Shown in pieces: positions 54,972-64,000 of a DNA stretch of 64,000 nucleotides. Source of the DNA: a virus; IMG/VR virus record IMGVR_UViG_3300009506_000009, positions 1-64,000 of that record, one strand, 5' to 3'. The position numbers and the translations under genes were made by a program. Under the pieces are notes generated by a model. The model saw only the letters and a program-made list of their open reading frames with translations, was not told the DNA's origin and made no database searches. Within the stretch, counting starts at the first letter, position 1. Each line of letters begins with the position of its first letter.

Positions 54972-55544
54972 ATGATATCATTTGAACGAGAAATCCGAGA
55001 GTACTTGAAAGCCAAGAATGTTACATTCATTGACTATGGTGCCTCTTATGACCAGCCTGACTTTGAGATCAAAGGGCGGACAACAACCTTTTTGGCGGAA
55101 GCCAAAGAGAAGAGGCAGACCTACTCTACCAGCACATGGCCTATTAACTTCCCTGAAACCAAGGCGTTCATCTTGGATGAACTAACAGCACGTAAGTTGA
55201 TGATGTACCCACAGAACGGATGCCTTGTTATCCGGGATAACACCACCGGATTGTACTACTTCACTGATCCTGTCCGACTCTGGTTGATGCCACGCACCCG
55301 CTGTGAACGCAACCATAACGGCTTTATGAAGGGTAAGTGGGTTCTAAACTTTGATAGCTTCATGCAGTCTGACCGTTTATCTGATCTGTTCGTCTGGATG
55401 AGAGATTGGGTAAATGAGTCCAAAGAGTTATTCAGCAGGGACGCACACTTACACGCTGTGGATATCCCAGGTGAAACCATTGTAGAAGCTGGTACCCCAC
55501 GTACCGAAGAACAGAAGGAGCACGATGTCCAGGAAACCCGCTAG
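54972..55544 (+). CDS. PD-(D/E)XK nuclease-like protein
   Basis: PDF...EAK. Confidence 0.6.
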   Translation: MISFEREIREYLKAKNVTFIDYGASYDQPDFEIKGRTTTFLAEAKEKRQTYSTSTWPINFPETKAFILDELTARKLMMYPQNGCLVIRDNTTGLYYFTDPVRLWLMPRTRCERNHNGFMKGKWVLNFDSFMQSDRLSDLFVWMRDWVNESKELFSRDAHLHAVDIPGETIVEAGTPRTEEQKEHDVQETR

Positions 55545-55818
55545 AAAACTTCGTACCAAATACATGAAACAGATCACGCAACAACCTGTCACTGTGATGC
55601 AGTCTATTATGCAATCTAATGGGGGGTTATCTGTTAAGCTGTTGATGCTTATGTTCGCTCGGCTGGTACACATCTTAGTATCCCGTGGCTTTCTTCATGC
55701 TGGAGAAGTTTTGTTTATTACCTCCGGGTATTACTTCCCGGATGAAGAGTACGCTGATTGGACCCCTGCGGATGAGCTAGATCAAGGTCCAGAAATCCCA
55801 ATTATAAGGACAAGATAA
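55525..55818 (+). CDS. Hypothetical protein
   Basis: AAGGAG RBS. Confidence 0.6.
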   Translation: MSRKPARKLRTKYMKQITQQPVTVMQSIMQSNGGLSVKLLMLMFARLVHILVSRGFLHAGEVLFITSGYYFPDEEYADWTPADELDQGPEIPIIRTR

Positions 55819-56123
55819 TGCCTAAACACAAACCAACACCGATGGATATTGATGCCTTGTTTTCGAAGGTACCCTTCAAACCAGGGTTCTCTTTCACCCC
55901 TCACATCCCTACACAGCTTAAGGAAATCCTCAAGGCTATGCCTGAGTATGATGTAACCTACCTGAAGAAGGTTGTCCCAAAACCTCAGTCGGTAAAAACT
56001 CTGTTGGCCCAGGCTGGCTATGGTCCACTGCGTGGGGTAGGATATACACGCAAGAATAAGGATCAAACCAAGAAGGCCAGGAAAACATCTGCACGCTCAC
56101 GAGCCAGGAATAGGAGGAGCTAA
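55818..56123 (+). CDS. Basic hypothetical protein
   Basis: TAATG coupling. Confidence 0.6.
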   Translation: MPKHKPTPMDIDALFSKVPFKPGFSFTPHIPTQLKEILKAMPEYDVTYLKKVVPKPQSVKTLLAQAGYGPLRGVGYTRKNKDQTKKARKTSARSRARNRRS

Positions 56124-56219
56124 TGTGTAATTGCTGGTGTCCAGACCTTACGTTCGTAGTGGCACAGTTGGTGGTTACAATAATTGTCTGTGCGCTCTAT
56201 ATTATTCTGAGGCTAAAGT

Positions 56220-56504
56220 ATGATGATTGATAAAACTGTTGATCTACTCGACTATATGCTTGATCTCCTTCTAAGTCACCTGAAGGATGTCAAGATTAAA
56301 CGCTTCACTTATGGTACCCTTATTGGTTACCGTATGGGCAAGCTGTCTCCTGAAGCTGTCGAAGGTCTATTTACCCATGGTGACCTGTGGACATTGATGT
56401 ATGACCTGTGTCTGCGGTGGGATGGCAGGGAAGACATCCATGGTCCTGTAGATATGGTAAACGATTGGTTCTCTGTGGAGGAAAGCCCCTATGCCAACTG
56501 CTGA
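56220..56504 (+). CDS. Hypothetical protein
   Basis: Operon ORF. Confidence 0.6.
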   Translation: MMIDKTVDLLDYMLDLLLSHLKDVKIKRFTYGTLIGYRMGKLSPEAVEGLFTHGDLWTLMYDLCLRWDGREDIHGPVDMVNDWFSVEESPYANC

Positions 56505-56835
56505 ATTAAGAACTGAACGCAAGTCTCTGATTAAGAGAGCCGCTGTGCTCCTGGGATGGTTCGTTGCCGGAGTCGTGGCTGTTATCGGGACAGTGCTACT
56601 GCTCCCCTATCCCACAGATTGGGTCGTAGCAGGTATCCTTGGATTCTTACACTTCTCTGTTGTTGGGTATGAGGTTGGTATCTATATCCGTAAATGGCAA
56701 ACGTATGCAAGGCTGGTTCACTACGCTCAGTATGATGATCAGGTGTGCAGTCAGTGTTCGTTGCAAAACTCAGCGGCATGTCAGGACTTGAAGGCACAAA
56801 TCTTTGAGGACTTGAAGAAAGGAATCCTAGAATGA
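56491..56835 (+). CDS. Membrane protein
   Basis: Two TM segments. Confidence 0.65.
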   Translation: MPTAELRTERKSLIKRAAVLLGWFVAGVVAVIGTVLLLPYPTDWVVAGILGFLHFSVVGYEVGIYIRKWQTYARLVHYAQYDDQVCSQCSLQNSAACQDLKAQIFEDLKKGILE

Positions 56836-57392
56836 GTACAATCATCTTTGATGTGGATGGCACGGTCTTGGACCTGCATACCCCATGGGTAAAAGAGTAT
56901 AATCGCTTGACTGGCTCTGATCTGCGGCTCCATCAGATTACTGATTGGTATATACCTCCCTTCATGCCAAAACTCTCTGAGAAAGAGATCGTAGCTATCA
57001 TCGCCGACCCACTCATCTATGATGAGGTTGAACCTATCCCAGGCGTGTGGGAAGTGATTGAACAGCTTCGCAAGGAACAGCACACGGTCCTGTTTGCTTC
57101 TGATTGCTATCCTAGTTTGTTCCGGGCTAAGTTCATGTGCCTCAAACGCCATGGCTTCTTGGTTGAACGGGAAGACTTCTGGTCTGTCCCCATCAAGTAT
57201 AAGCACCTGCTGAAATGCTCTGCAATAATCGATGACCATAACGGGATAGTGAACGACCATCCTAATGGCATCCTGTATTGTCAGCCCTGGAATAAGTGGG
57301 CGAGGATGACTCCCGGCAAACAGTTCATCTATAACTGGTTGGATGTGGACGGAGCAATTGAAACCATCTATGATGTGGTGTTTGACGACTAG
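56832..57392 (+). CDS. 5'(3')-deoxyribonucleotidase (HAD, NT5C-like)
   Basis: DVDGTV, PIPG, IIDD, PWN. Confidence 0.85.
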   Translation: MSTIIFDVDGTVLDLHTPWVKEYNRLTGSDLRLHQITDWYIPPFMPKLSEKEIVAIIADPLIYDEVEPIPGVWEVIEQLRKEQHTVLFASDCYPSLFRAKFMCLKRHGFLVEREDFWSVPIKYKHLLKCSAIIDDHNGIVNDHPNGILYCQPWNKWARMTPGKQFIYNWLDVDGAIETIYDVVFDD

Positions 57393-57458
57393 GGTTTTTG
57401 AAATCCACCAACAAAAAAATTAAGGCCCCCTTTCCTTCGGGATTGGGGGTCTCTTTTT

Positions 57459-58076
57459 TTATTTATTTATTTCAATTTCTTTTTCTATTTTATTTTGTTT
57501 TAAATATTTTATTGCATTTTCTAATGTGGGTATTTTCTCTTTGAGTAAGCCTAGAGATACGTTACATCCATGACACAAAACTCCTCGATACTTTCCCGTG
57601 TCATGGTCATGATCGATGCATAGCTGTTCTTCACTCCCGCATATCTCACATTGCGTAGGCATCTGCTGTAGATCAGTTAATGTCATGTTGTACCGGGTAG
57701 CGTATACCCCCCACCCTTTATCTGTGCAGGATGTACAGTACTTTTTAGACGCAGGCTCCCCACATATCTCACAAACGACATCAAGCTCTATCTTGCCTTC
57801 TCTCTGCCACAGGTCTATGGTGCTTGAGTGCACATCGACTAGGGTTGCTAACTCCGTCCTCCGAATGTTAGGCCGTACCTCTAAAATATCCTGTGCCATC
57901 AGGAGCTTACGGTTGCAACTTTTTGATATGTTGTATAGATGGGGATCACGACTCTTTGCCCAGTAGCTTACTGATTGGGTTGAGATTCCGAACATTCGAC
58001 TTACCTGTTCCAGGGTTAGGTTTGTGTGCAGGAATATATCTGCAACTAGCTGTTTGTATTTTGGGTGGTATGCCAT
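57459..58076 (-). CDS. Endonuclease VII-domain protein with N-terminal HTHs (homing-type)
   Basis: CEICG...IDHDHDTGKYRGVLCHGCN..LG. Confidence 0.85.
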   Translation of the reverse strand: MAYHPKYKQLVADIFLHTNLTLEQVSRMFGISTQSVSYWAKSRDPHLYNISKSCNRKLLMAQDILEVRPNIRRTELATLVDVHSSTIDLWQREGKIELDVVCEICGEPASKKYCTSCTDKGWGVYATRYNMTLTDLQQMPTQCEICGSEEQLCIDHDHDTGKYRGVLCHGCNVSLGLLKEKIPTLENAIKYLKQNKIEKEIEINK

Positions 58077-58262
58077 ACCGGACATTATACCACAGGTGGG
58101 GGTAATTGTCAAATCGGGCCTACGGGTGGTGGTGGTCAGGGTTTTTGAAACACCACAAAAATTAACTGCCAGGGTGCCTACTTACACGTGTAAGGCGATC
58201 AATCCGCCCAACATTGGTCCGAATTGTCCACTTCACGTCTGGATGACCCTTCGTGTCACAGT

Positions 58263-58480
58263 GACACTAACCCACTGCTGGACGCCTAATCGGACGTATG
58301 CGACCGACTATATCTTATTACGTGCACGTATGCGTTAGTGTGCGTATGACACTAACTAATAATCGGACTAACATGGTCGGCAATATCCAAATAGGATGGT
58401 GTCATGCCGACACTAACCCCCCTTAGTGTTTACTTGACAATAACTCCCAGGTTGAAACATAGTGTCGCCGATACACTAAC
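58263..58480. repeat. ACACTAA(C) repeats, 4 direct and 3 inverted
   Basis: Direct copies at 58263, 58348, 58409, 58472; inverted TAGTGT at about 58336, 58424, 58460. Confidence 0.7.
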
Positions 58481-58679
58481 CCCCATTTTTGTCCAAACAT
58501 TGTCATAATTGGACAATGCAGGTCTTATTACACCAATTCCTTTTTGAATATGACAAAGGTTGTCCGATTCACGCCTGGGTGACGCCTGGGAGAATGGTGC
58601 GACAAATGTCATAAAAAACATGTGACAAATGACACTTGACCCATTACGAAAAAATTGGTTGAATAGTGGCAGAACCTTA

Positions 58680-59390
58680 CCAACCCGCCTGACCCGCTCG
58701 CTCGCTCGCACATTCGTGTGCGGTCGGGTGAGTGCGAGCGCAGGCACACACACACACTCACGGGGGCGCACCAGCCCGCCTGTGCGACGCCACATGCGAC
58801 AGCCCGCCTAACGAGCATATACGTGAGTGTGTACGCCACCCTACGGGTGGCAGGCAACTAGCATAACGCACATCCGTGTCCGTGAAAGCCTGCACGCCTA
58901 TAACACCCACATCCGTGACCGTGAAAGCACCCCGTAGGGGTGGCGACCAATAACCAAGTCCTACGCTAGTCACGTAGTGACTGGGTTGCGACCTTAACAA
59001 CCAAGCCGTACCTGAAAGTCCCCTTTAGGGGACTGCCAATCAAGCCTTCCGCAAGGGTGACTTGTTCCAGGCAGGCGGCGGAATATCCACGCAATCTCAC
59101 CCCGTAAGGGGTGGGGCAACCACTGAGCGACGCAATAGCCAGCCGTAGGCTGAAGCTACCCCCACTGCAAGTACTGCCGTAGGCAGAGACCCTGGTGGGC
59201 AACCCAAAGCCGCACAAGCGAAGGCAACATATGTTGCCTGACTAGCAACTCACTCTCAAGTCCTTCGGACTTGGAGATGGCGACCAAACAGGCGTACCCT
59301 GCGAAGCAGAAGTGGGAGTGGGAGTTTCGCACCAAGCACTCGTAAGAGTGCTTCGCAGGCGGCTCGGATGTGCTGAGTACACACACAATT
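58680..59390 (+). ncRNA. Long hairpin-rich non-coding leader/RNA before the early genes
   Basis: Serial GC stems with UACG, GCAA, GUAA and UUCG loops; duplicated CATCCGTGwCCGTGAAAGC. Confidence 0.55.
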
Positions 59391-59405
59391 TACCGGAGGT
59401 AAATC

Positions 59406-59591
59406 ATGTCCCCTACCAGCAAAACCTACAACGTCGTGATCACAGTCCAAAGGACTGTGGATAGTAAGTCCACCACTTTTGGTCACCCTAAGTTTCTGCC
59501 TTTGGCAGAAGCATTGCAGGTGGTTAGCGATTATGCTAATCGCTATGCTAAGCACTACTCGGTTTCTAGCACCCTAATCCCCACCCGTTAG
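59406..59591 (+). CDS. Early small protein
   Basis: GGAGGT RBS. Confidence 0.65.
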   Translation: MSPTSKTYNVVITVQRTVDSKSTTFGHPKFLPLAEALQVVSDYANRYAKHYSVSSTLIPTR

Positions 59592-59692
59592 TCCGTAGGA
59601 CTAACGATTTCACTCAGCACATCCGACCTGCTTGCGAAGCAGGCTAAGTACTTCGTACTTAGTCAACCTACCCCTAAATCGGAGATTTAGCC

Positions 59693-59821
59693 ATGAAAAA
59701 AGCACTCGTTATCGGTCTCGCAATCGTGATTATCCCCCTGCTCAACTACGTTGGGATGTCGTTGGCAGATGTCATCAATGTCCTTACGGACATTGGCAAC
59801 CAAGTACTGGCGGCTTTCTAA
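59693..59821 (+). CDS. 42-aa hydrophobic peptide, Flp-pilin-like
   Basis: GGAG RBS; MKKALVIGLAIVIIPLLNYVGMSLADVINVLTDIGNQVLAAF. Confidence 0.55.
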   Translation: MKKALVIGLAIVIIPLLNYVGMSLADVINVLTDIGNQVLAAF

Positions 59822-59901
59822 GCACGCCAATTTCTCAACTCAGCGTATCCGACCTGCTTGCGAAGCAAGCAGAGATCACACATTAGTCCAAGGAGTATAT
59901 C

Positions 59902-60183
59902 ATGTCCACAAACCCGGAAGCCCACCTTTGGTGGAAATTTAGCGACAACTATACCGCCGCTTATTACAAGTTAGACCACAAAGTGGTCTATGTGCAAGCC
60001 AAGACCGAGACTGCCGCAGTCGCACGATTCGAGCGTGTGACAGGCTGTGACCCTTGGGTCACCCACTGCCGTTGCTGTGCAAGCCGTGACTTTCACTGGG
60101 AGCGTCTGGAAGGTACTCCCTATGGGGAGTATAGACCACAAGGTCTGTTGATCTTCGTGGATGATAGCACTGAAGTGCTATAG
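59902..60183 (+). CDS. Early hypothetical protein
   Basis: AAGGAG RBS. Confidence 0.7.
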   Translation: MSTNPEAHLWWKFSDNYTAAYYKLDHKVVYVQAKTETAAVARFERVTGCDPWVTHCRCCASRDFHWERLEGTPYGEYRPQGLLIFVDDSTEVL

Positions 60184-60193
60184 GAGATAAGCC

Positions 60194-60424
60194 ATGTACA
60201 CGTATGTCATCCTGCAAGCGTATGCCGACCCTAGCGACCCGCAGTATTATACCTGCACACTCACCCGCTATGCTGGCCCAAGTAAGGCCATCGCCAACCG
60301 AACCATTGAGCAGGTTCGTAAAGAACCTGACACCGAATGGGTTGAAGTGGAAGTCTGGCAAGACACAGACAAAGTCTGTGAGTTTAGCGTGTCCCCCGAT
60401 GGGGAAGTAAGCCAATTCGAGTGA
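60194..60424 (+). CDS. Early hypothetical protein
   Basis: AGGAG RBS. Confidence 0.7.
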   Translation: MYTYVILQAYADPSDPQYYTCTLTRYAGPSKAIANRTIEQVRKEPDTEWVEVEVWQDTDKVCEFSVSPDGEVSQFE

Positions 60425-60517
60425 CGTTTGTCATAGTCAACTAGTGACATTTGTCACTGTCCAAGTCATGCCAACCCCAGTATACTGGGGATAAATCTGC
60501 ACCACAGGAGTTTAGCT

Positions 60518-60904
60518 ATGCTAAAGTTTACTCGCAAGATCGTTGTCCACGTCGTGACTGCCGAAGGCAGTCCAGAGAGCCACAAGTACTGGCGAGACCG
60601 CTTTGCGGCTTGTGCGCCAGACGGTTTCACCGTCTTCTTGCCGGAAGCCGTCGAAGGTGGGTGGCGGATGGCTGATGGCTCAGTTGTCACTGAGCCAGTG
60701 TCACTGTTCGAAGTGTGGGAACCTTCGGTTCCCCAGGTGGTCGATGTACTGACCGTTGCAAGTCAGTTGCAAACTGACGAGAACCAGGAAGCCGTGAGCG
60801 TGCAGTGGGTTTCACCCACTGGTTGGGTTGCGGCAATCTGCTTCGACAGTGCCGACTGGTTAGAGTTAGAAACTCTAATCCGGGCGGATCAACCAGCCGA
60901 CTAG
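60518..60904 (+). CDS. DUF3574/SAM-lyase-like early protein
   Basis: GFT...G.W....G....E...QEAV pattern. Confidence 0.5.
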   Translation: MLKFTRKIVVHVVTAEGSPESHKYWRDRFAACAPDGFTVFLPEAVEGGWRMADGSVVTEPVSLFEVWEPSVPQVVDVLTVASQLQTDENQEAVSVQWVSPTGWVAAICFDSADWLELETLIRADQPAD

Positions 60905-60959
60905 TCGGCTGACAAGTACTGGGACCCCTTCGGGGGTCCCAATTTCCAGGAGTAAAATC

Positions 60960-61562
60960 ATGATCGAGAATTTGTTGGCGTTTTACGCCAAAGCACTGCC
61001 CACCGAACGTGCCCAGGCACGCTGGTATCATACCGCCCACGATGAGTGCAAGTCCGTTGCCTACGAGTTAGGCGTGCCGTTCAAACACTTCGTGTTTGCA
61101 GTGGCGGCACTGTCACCGGGGTGCTACTGGGAGCGGAACATCCTAGGGGTCGAGCAACTGGTCACCGAAGGTGACACGGGGTACGGCTATCGGCGCAACA
61201 GAGCGAAAGCTCTGGAGTGCTTAGCAGGGAACCTGCAAGCACTGCGGGGACCGAAGGTCACTCGCTTTGCGGCGAATATCCTGGACCCGGACCAACACGC
61301 CTACGATGTGGTCGTGGACATGTGGGCATGGCGTGCCTGGGAAGGGGTCGTCATTGGCGAAGCCAAGAGCCTGACCCCGAAGCAGTACGAAGCCATAGCC
61401 GAAGGCTATGTGTCGGCGGCTAAGCAAGTCGGCCTAACCCCTTCGGCCTTTCAAGCAGTCGTCTGGACCGTAACCCGGCGACTGGGCAAGTCTGCTCTGT
61501 TAGAGCAGAGATTGGAGCGTAATCGTGAGAAGCGACAAGCAAAGGTTAGCGGAGCTAACTGA
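60960..61562 (+). CDS. Conserved phage early protein (HhH-glycosylase-like fold)
   Basis: WY..AH, AALSP...W..N, GPKV..F..NI, VVD.W, QA..W. Confidence 0.7.
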   Translation: MIENLLAFYAKALPTERAQARWYHTAHDECKSVAYELGVPFKHFVFAVAALSPGCYWERNILGVEQLVTEGDTGYGYRRNRAKALECLAGNLQALRGPKVTRFAANILDPDQHAYDVVVDMWAWRAWEGVVIGEAKSLTPKQYEAIAEGYVSAAKQVGLTPSAFQAVVWTVTRRLGKSALLEQRLERNREKRQAKVSGAN

Positions 61563-61761
61563 GAAAGCCAACCTGATCCTGGACATCCGGGATCGAGAGC
61601 ACTTGGCAGGTGTTCCACCTGTCAACCTGGAAGGTTACGACTGGCAAGCACTTCGTGCTTACTATCGGAGCCTGACCCCTGTTATCACAGGGGACGACCG
61701 ACCGTTCAACCCCGAAGCCCACTACGGGACCCTTGGGGATTATTACGACAGTCAGGAATGA
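61525..61761 (+). CDS. Early hypothetical protein
   Basis: GGAG before GTG. Confidence 0.55.
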   Translation: MRSDKQRLAELTEKANLILDIRDREHLAGVPPVNLEGYDWQALRAYYRSLTPVITGDDRPFNPEAHYGTLGDYYDSQE

Positions 61762-61785
61762 CTGTCAATTTGCAGGAGTAAAGCC

Positions 61786-62112
61786 ATGACCATCACACTG
61801 ACCGCCCACGTGTTAGACCGTATTGCCGACCGACCGCTCATCAGCTATGCTGACCTGTGCAAGGCCGTTGACAACATCGAGCAGTGGATTGGCAAGTATG
61901 CCAAGTGCCGCCAAGTGGCGGTAGTACTGCGTGAGTATGACCACTGCGTGAACCTGGGGAACACCTACGGTGACCGTCTGGTTCTCGTGGTGGATGTGGA
62001 ACAGGGTACTGTTCCGACGATCTTCTGCCGCAACAAAGTCCAACGTAAGCCGCAGTCAGTCCAGGCATACGTGAACATGTACGGGTATCCGGTGCAGGCC
62101 GGACGCCGATAG
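61786..62112 (+). CDS. Early hypothetical protein
   Basis: AGGAG RBS. Confidence 0.7.
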   Translation: MTITLTAHVLDRIADRPLISYADLCKAVDNIEQWIGKYAKCRQVAVVLREYDHCVNLGNTYGDRLVLVVDVEQGTVPTIFCRNKVQRKPQSVQAYVNMYGYPVQAGRR

Positions 62113-62121
62113 GAGCAAGTT

Positions 62122-62304
62122 ATGCCACCCCTAGTTGTTGTCCCAATCCTGATTGCACTGATTGCATGGTGCATTGGCCTGCTGTCCTACTTCGTAGGGC
62201 AGTTCTTCGAAGTCGAGAGCTTTATACTTGTGAGCAAGTTCTGTAAACTGACCATTGTGCTCTGCTTTTTAGCAGAGATCGCCGTAGTTGTATCCACCTG
62301 TTAG
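62122..62304 (+). CDS. Small membrane protein
   Basis: AGGAG RBS; two TM segments. Confidence 0.65.
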   Translation: MPPLVVVPILIALIAWCIGLLSYFVGQFFEVESFILVSKFCKLTIVLCFLAEIAVVVSTC

Positions 62305-62392
62305 TCCAGCCAGACCTAAGCCAGTCGGCTTACATCGCAGTCACACGTCCCGACTGGCTAGGATTTCATCCTAGAACCGAAGGAGTAATGAG

Positions 62393-62596
62393 ATGACATA
62401 TTACACAGTCGAAATCCGCAGTGACGGTGAAACCGTCATGATAGGACGTACACCAGGGTTGGACACAGCCCTGCTCACCGTGCACACCAACCTGAAGCAC
62501 TACGGGGGATTGGTCAAGCCCGTGCGTAACGTCAAGCACCGATGGGTGGGGTACGTTGATGGGCACACCATCGCCATCCAGGTAACACAGGCGTAA
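62393..62596 (+). CDS. Early hypothetical protein
   Basis: AAGGAG RBS. Confidence 0.65.
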   Translation: MTYYTVEIRSDGETVMIGRTPGLDTALLTVHTNLKHYGGLVKPVRNVKHRWVGYVDGHTIAIQVTQA

Positions 62597-62800
62597 GTAC
62601 TGGCTGGTGCTTCGCTCTCCGCCGACCCTATTGGGGTAGCCTACCAAGGCATGGGCGATGATGGACGACCCCCAGGCGTCCGGGGCGGACAGCGGGGCAT
62701 CAGTTTTATTTTTTTTCTCTCGTGTGTACATGTGCGTACACGTATTGGGTTTTTTAGAGTACTTTGCGGGGTCCCTTTTCCGGTCCCTATAGGAGAGTGA

Positions 62801-63160
62801 GTGATGAAAGTCGGACGTATTGCAGTAAACGCCCAATGTTTCTTGGGCAACCTTCCCTTCCAGGCTGTAAGCCTTCCCGAAAGTCTGGCACACTGGAAGT
62901 TCTACCTGGACACACACATGTCCATCATCGAGACCCCTGGTCTCAGCTTCACGGATTGGAACCTGGGCAACGACTGCTTTGGGTTCTACTTTTGGGATAC
63001 CGAAGGCAACGACATCACCACGCAAGCACTGGCACAGATCAGCGACGTGCACTTGCGCCTATATGCTGGTTGTCGGTCAGCCTGCCTAGTTTTCCACCTT
63101 ACCGAAGGTAACCACACAGATCAGGCATGGGTTTGGTTCCAAGCCTGCACCATCCGATAG
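62801..63160 (+). CDS. Early hypothetical protein
   Basis: AGGAG RBS. Confidence 0.65.
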   Translation: MMKVGRIAVNAQCFLGNLPFQAVSLPESLAHWKFYLDTHMSIIETPGLSFTDWNLGNDCFGFYFWDTEGNDITTQALAQISDVHLRLYAGCRSACLVFHLTEGNHTDQAWVWFQACTIR

Positions 63161-63169
63161 GAGAGTATC

Positions 63170-63397
63170 ATGTTGACAGTTTCGAAAGTTCGTGTTACCC
63201 TTAAGGGTAAGCAAGCAGTGAAGGCAGTATTCACCACCACAGGTGAGTACTTCACCTTCCGCTATGGGTCATGGATGACCCCTGGCTCCATCCTGCACCT
63301 GGACAGTGCGGGTAAGCCTGTCCGTGGTGACATCCGCAGGGGTGAGGACGCAGATGGACCCATCTTCACCGAAGGTGTGGCCTTGTGGCCCATCTAA
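63170..63397 (+). CDS. Early hypothetical protein
   Basis: AGGAG RBS. Confidence 0.7.
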   Translation: MLTVSKVRVTLKGKQAVKAVFTTTGEYFTFRYGSWMTPGSILHLDSAGKPVRGDIRRGEDADGPIFTEGVALWPI

Positions 63398-63465
63398 GTA
63401 CAGGCAGGGGTCGAAGGACCCCTGATTTCGGACCATTCAACCTAATGAGTACAAAGGAGTAGATC

Positions 63466-63702
63466 ATGAGAAACGTTTACGGAGTACGCTGTGGTAGTGA
63501 GAGTATGTACGGGCATGTGATCTGTGTGGTCGCCGCTGAAAGCGTAACAGAAGCACGTGATGTAGTTCGCAAATCACAGGAGTACGCCACACTCAACAAG
63601 CAATGGCAAGTATACTGCACATCGCTGAATGCAGTCAATGGTCCCTTCGGGATCACTAGTCAGGAAACAGGTGTTTTACACACCTATCCAGAGTTAAATT
63701 AG
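63466..63702 (+). CDS. Early hypothetical protein
   Basis: AAGGAG RBS. Confidence 0.65.
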   Translation: MRNVYGVRCGSESMYGHVICVVAAESVTEARDVVRKSQEYATLNKQWQVYCTSLNAVNGPFGITSQETGVLHTYPELN

Positions 63703-63712
63703 GAGATTACAC

Positions 63713-64000
63713 ATGTTAACTTTAGTTCCAGCATACGGTCGTGATTACAAAAGCAAGGCGGCAGTCCAGGCGGACCTGGACGCAGGCAAGGACTTCGAAG
63801 TAGTCTGGACGCCTGTCGATCCTGGTGGGTACGCAACTGCGTCGGACCTGTTAGAAGACGGGCACACTCAGGTGCGGGTGCGCTACCAGCGTAAGACCAA
63901 GGTGGGAGTGTTTACACTCCATGAGCCTGAGCCATATGACAAGGGTCTTGAGCAGGGGGCAACGAACCTGGAAGAGTTCGTCAACACGTACATCAGTACG
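63713..64000 (+). CDS. Phage early protein (MLTLVPAYGRDYKSKAAV...), runs off the right edge
   Basis: AGGAG RBS; open to the window end. Confidence 0.65.
   Translation, partial: MLTLVPAYGRDYKSKAAVQADLDAGKDFEVVWTPVDPGGYATASDLLEDGHTQVRVRYQRKTKVGVFTLHEPEPYDKGLEQGATNLEEFVNTYIST

Noticed and set aside
58868-58930. Group II intron domain V-like CCGTG..GTGAAAG
   Set aside because: No AGC/CGC triad helix with its 3' partner and no intron ORF; treated as a local repeat.

Overview
The window is part of a large tailed (siphovirus-like) dsDNA phage genome; a weak protein-motif hint points to a Chloroflexota host. 1-16.2 kb (minus strand): virion module with tape measure, a G/GT chaperone with an intact -1 frameshift, tail tube, connectors, capsid, protease, portal and 23-aa-repeat fibre proteins. 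These operons are preceded by a shared ATTGTAG late-promoter-like motif. 16.3-22 kb: DEDD exonuclease, Prim-Pol and a GpA-type terminase. 22.5-42.8 kb: an unusually rich RNA island with about 40 tRNAs covering all 20 amino acids, a tmRNA with a 30-aa tag and a ~207-nt minimal RNase P RNA lacking most of the specificity domain. The island also holds a stand-alone copy of the 23S rRNA L11-binding GTPase-associated centre, two Arg tRNAs whose D-loop appears relocated 3' of the anticodon arm, 8/4 Ser tRNAs, several anticodon-less tRNA mimics and large unidentified structured RNAs. 43-58 kb: SSB, resolvase-like nuclease, class II RNR, MazG, RtcB with an RlaP-like nucleotidyltransferase, RecA, dTMP kinase and an endonuclease VII. 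58.1-64 kb: a repeat-rich non-coding region (possible genome end), a structured leader and small early-type genes. All calls come from manual reading of the sequence and the ORF track; no searches were run.
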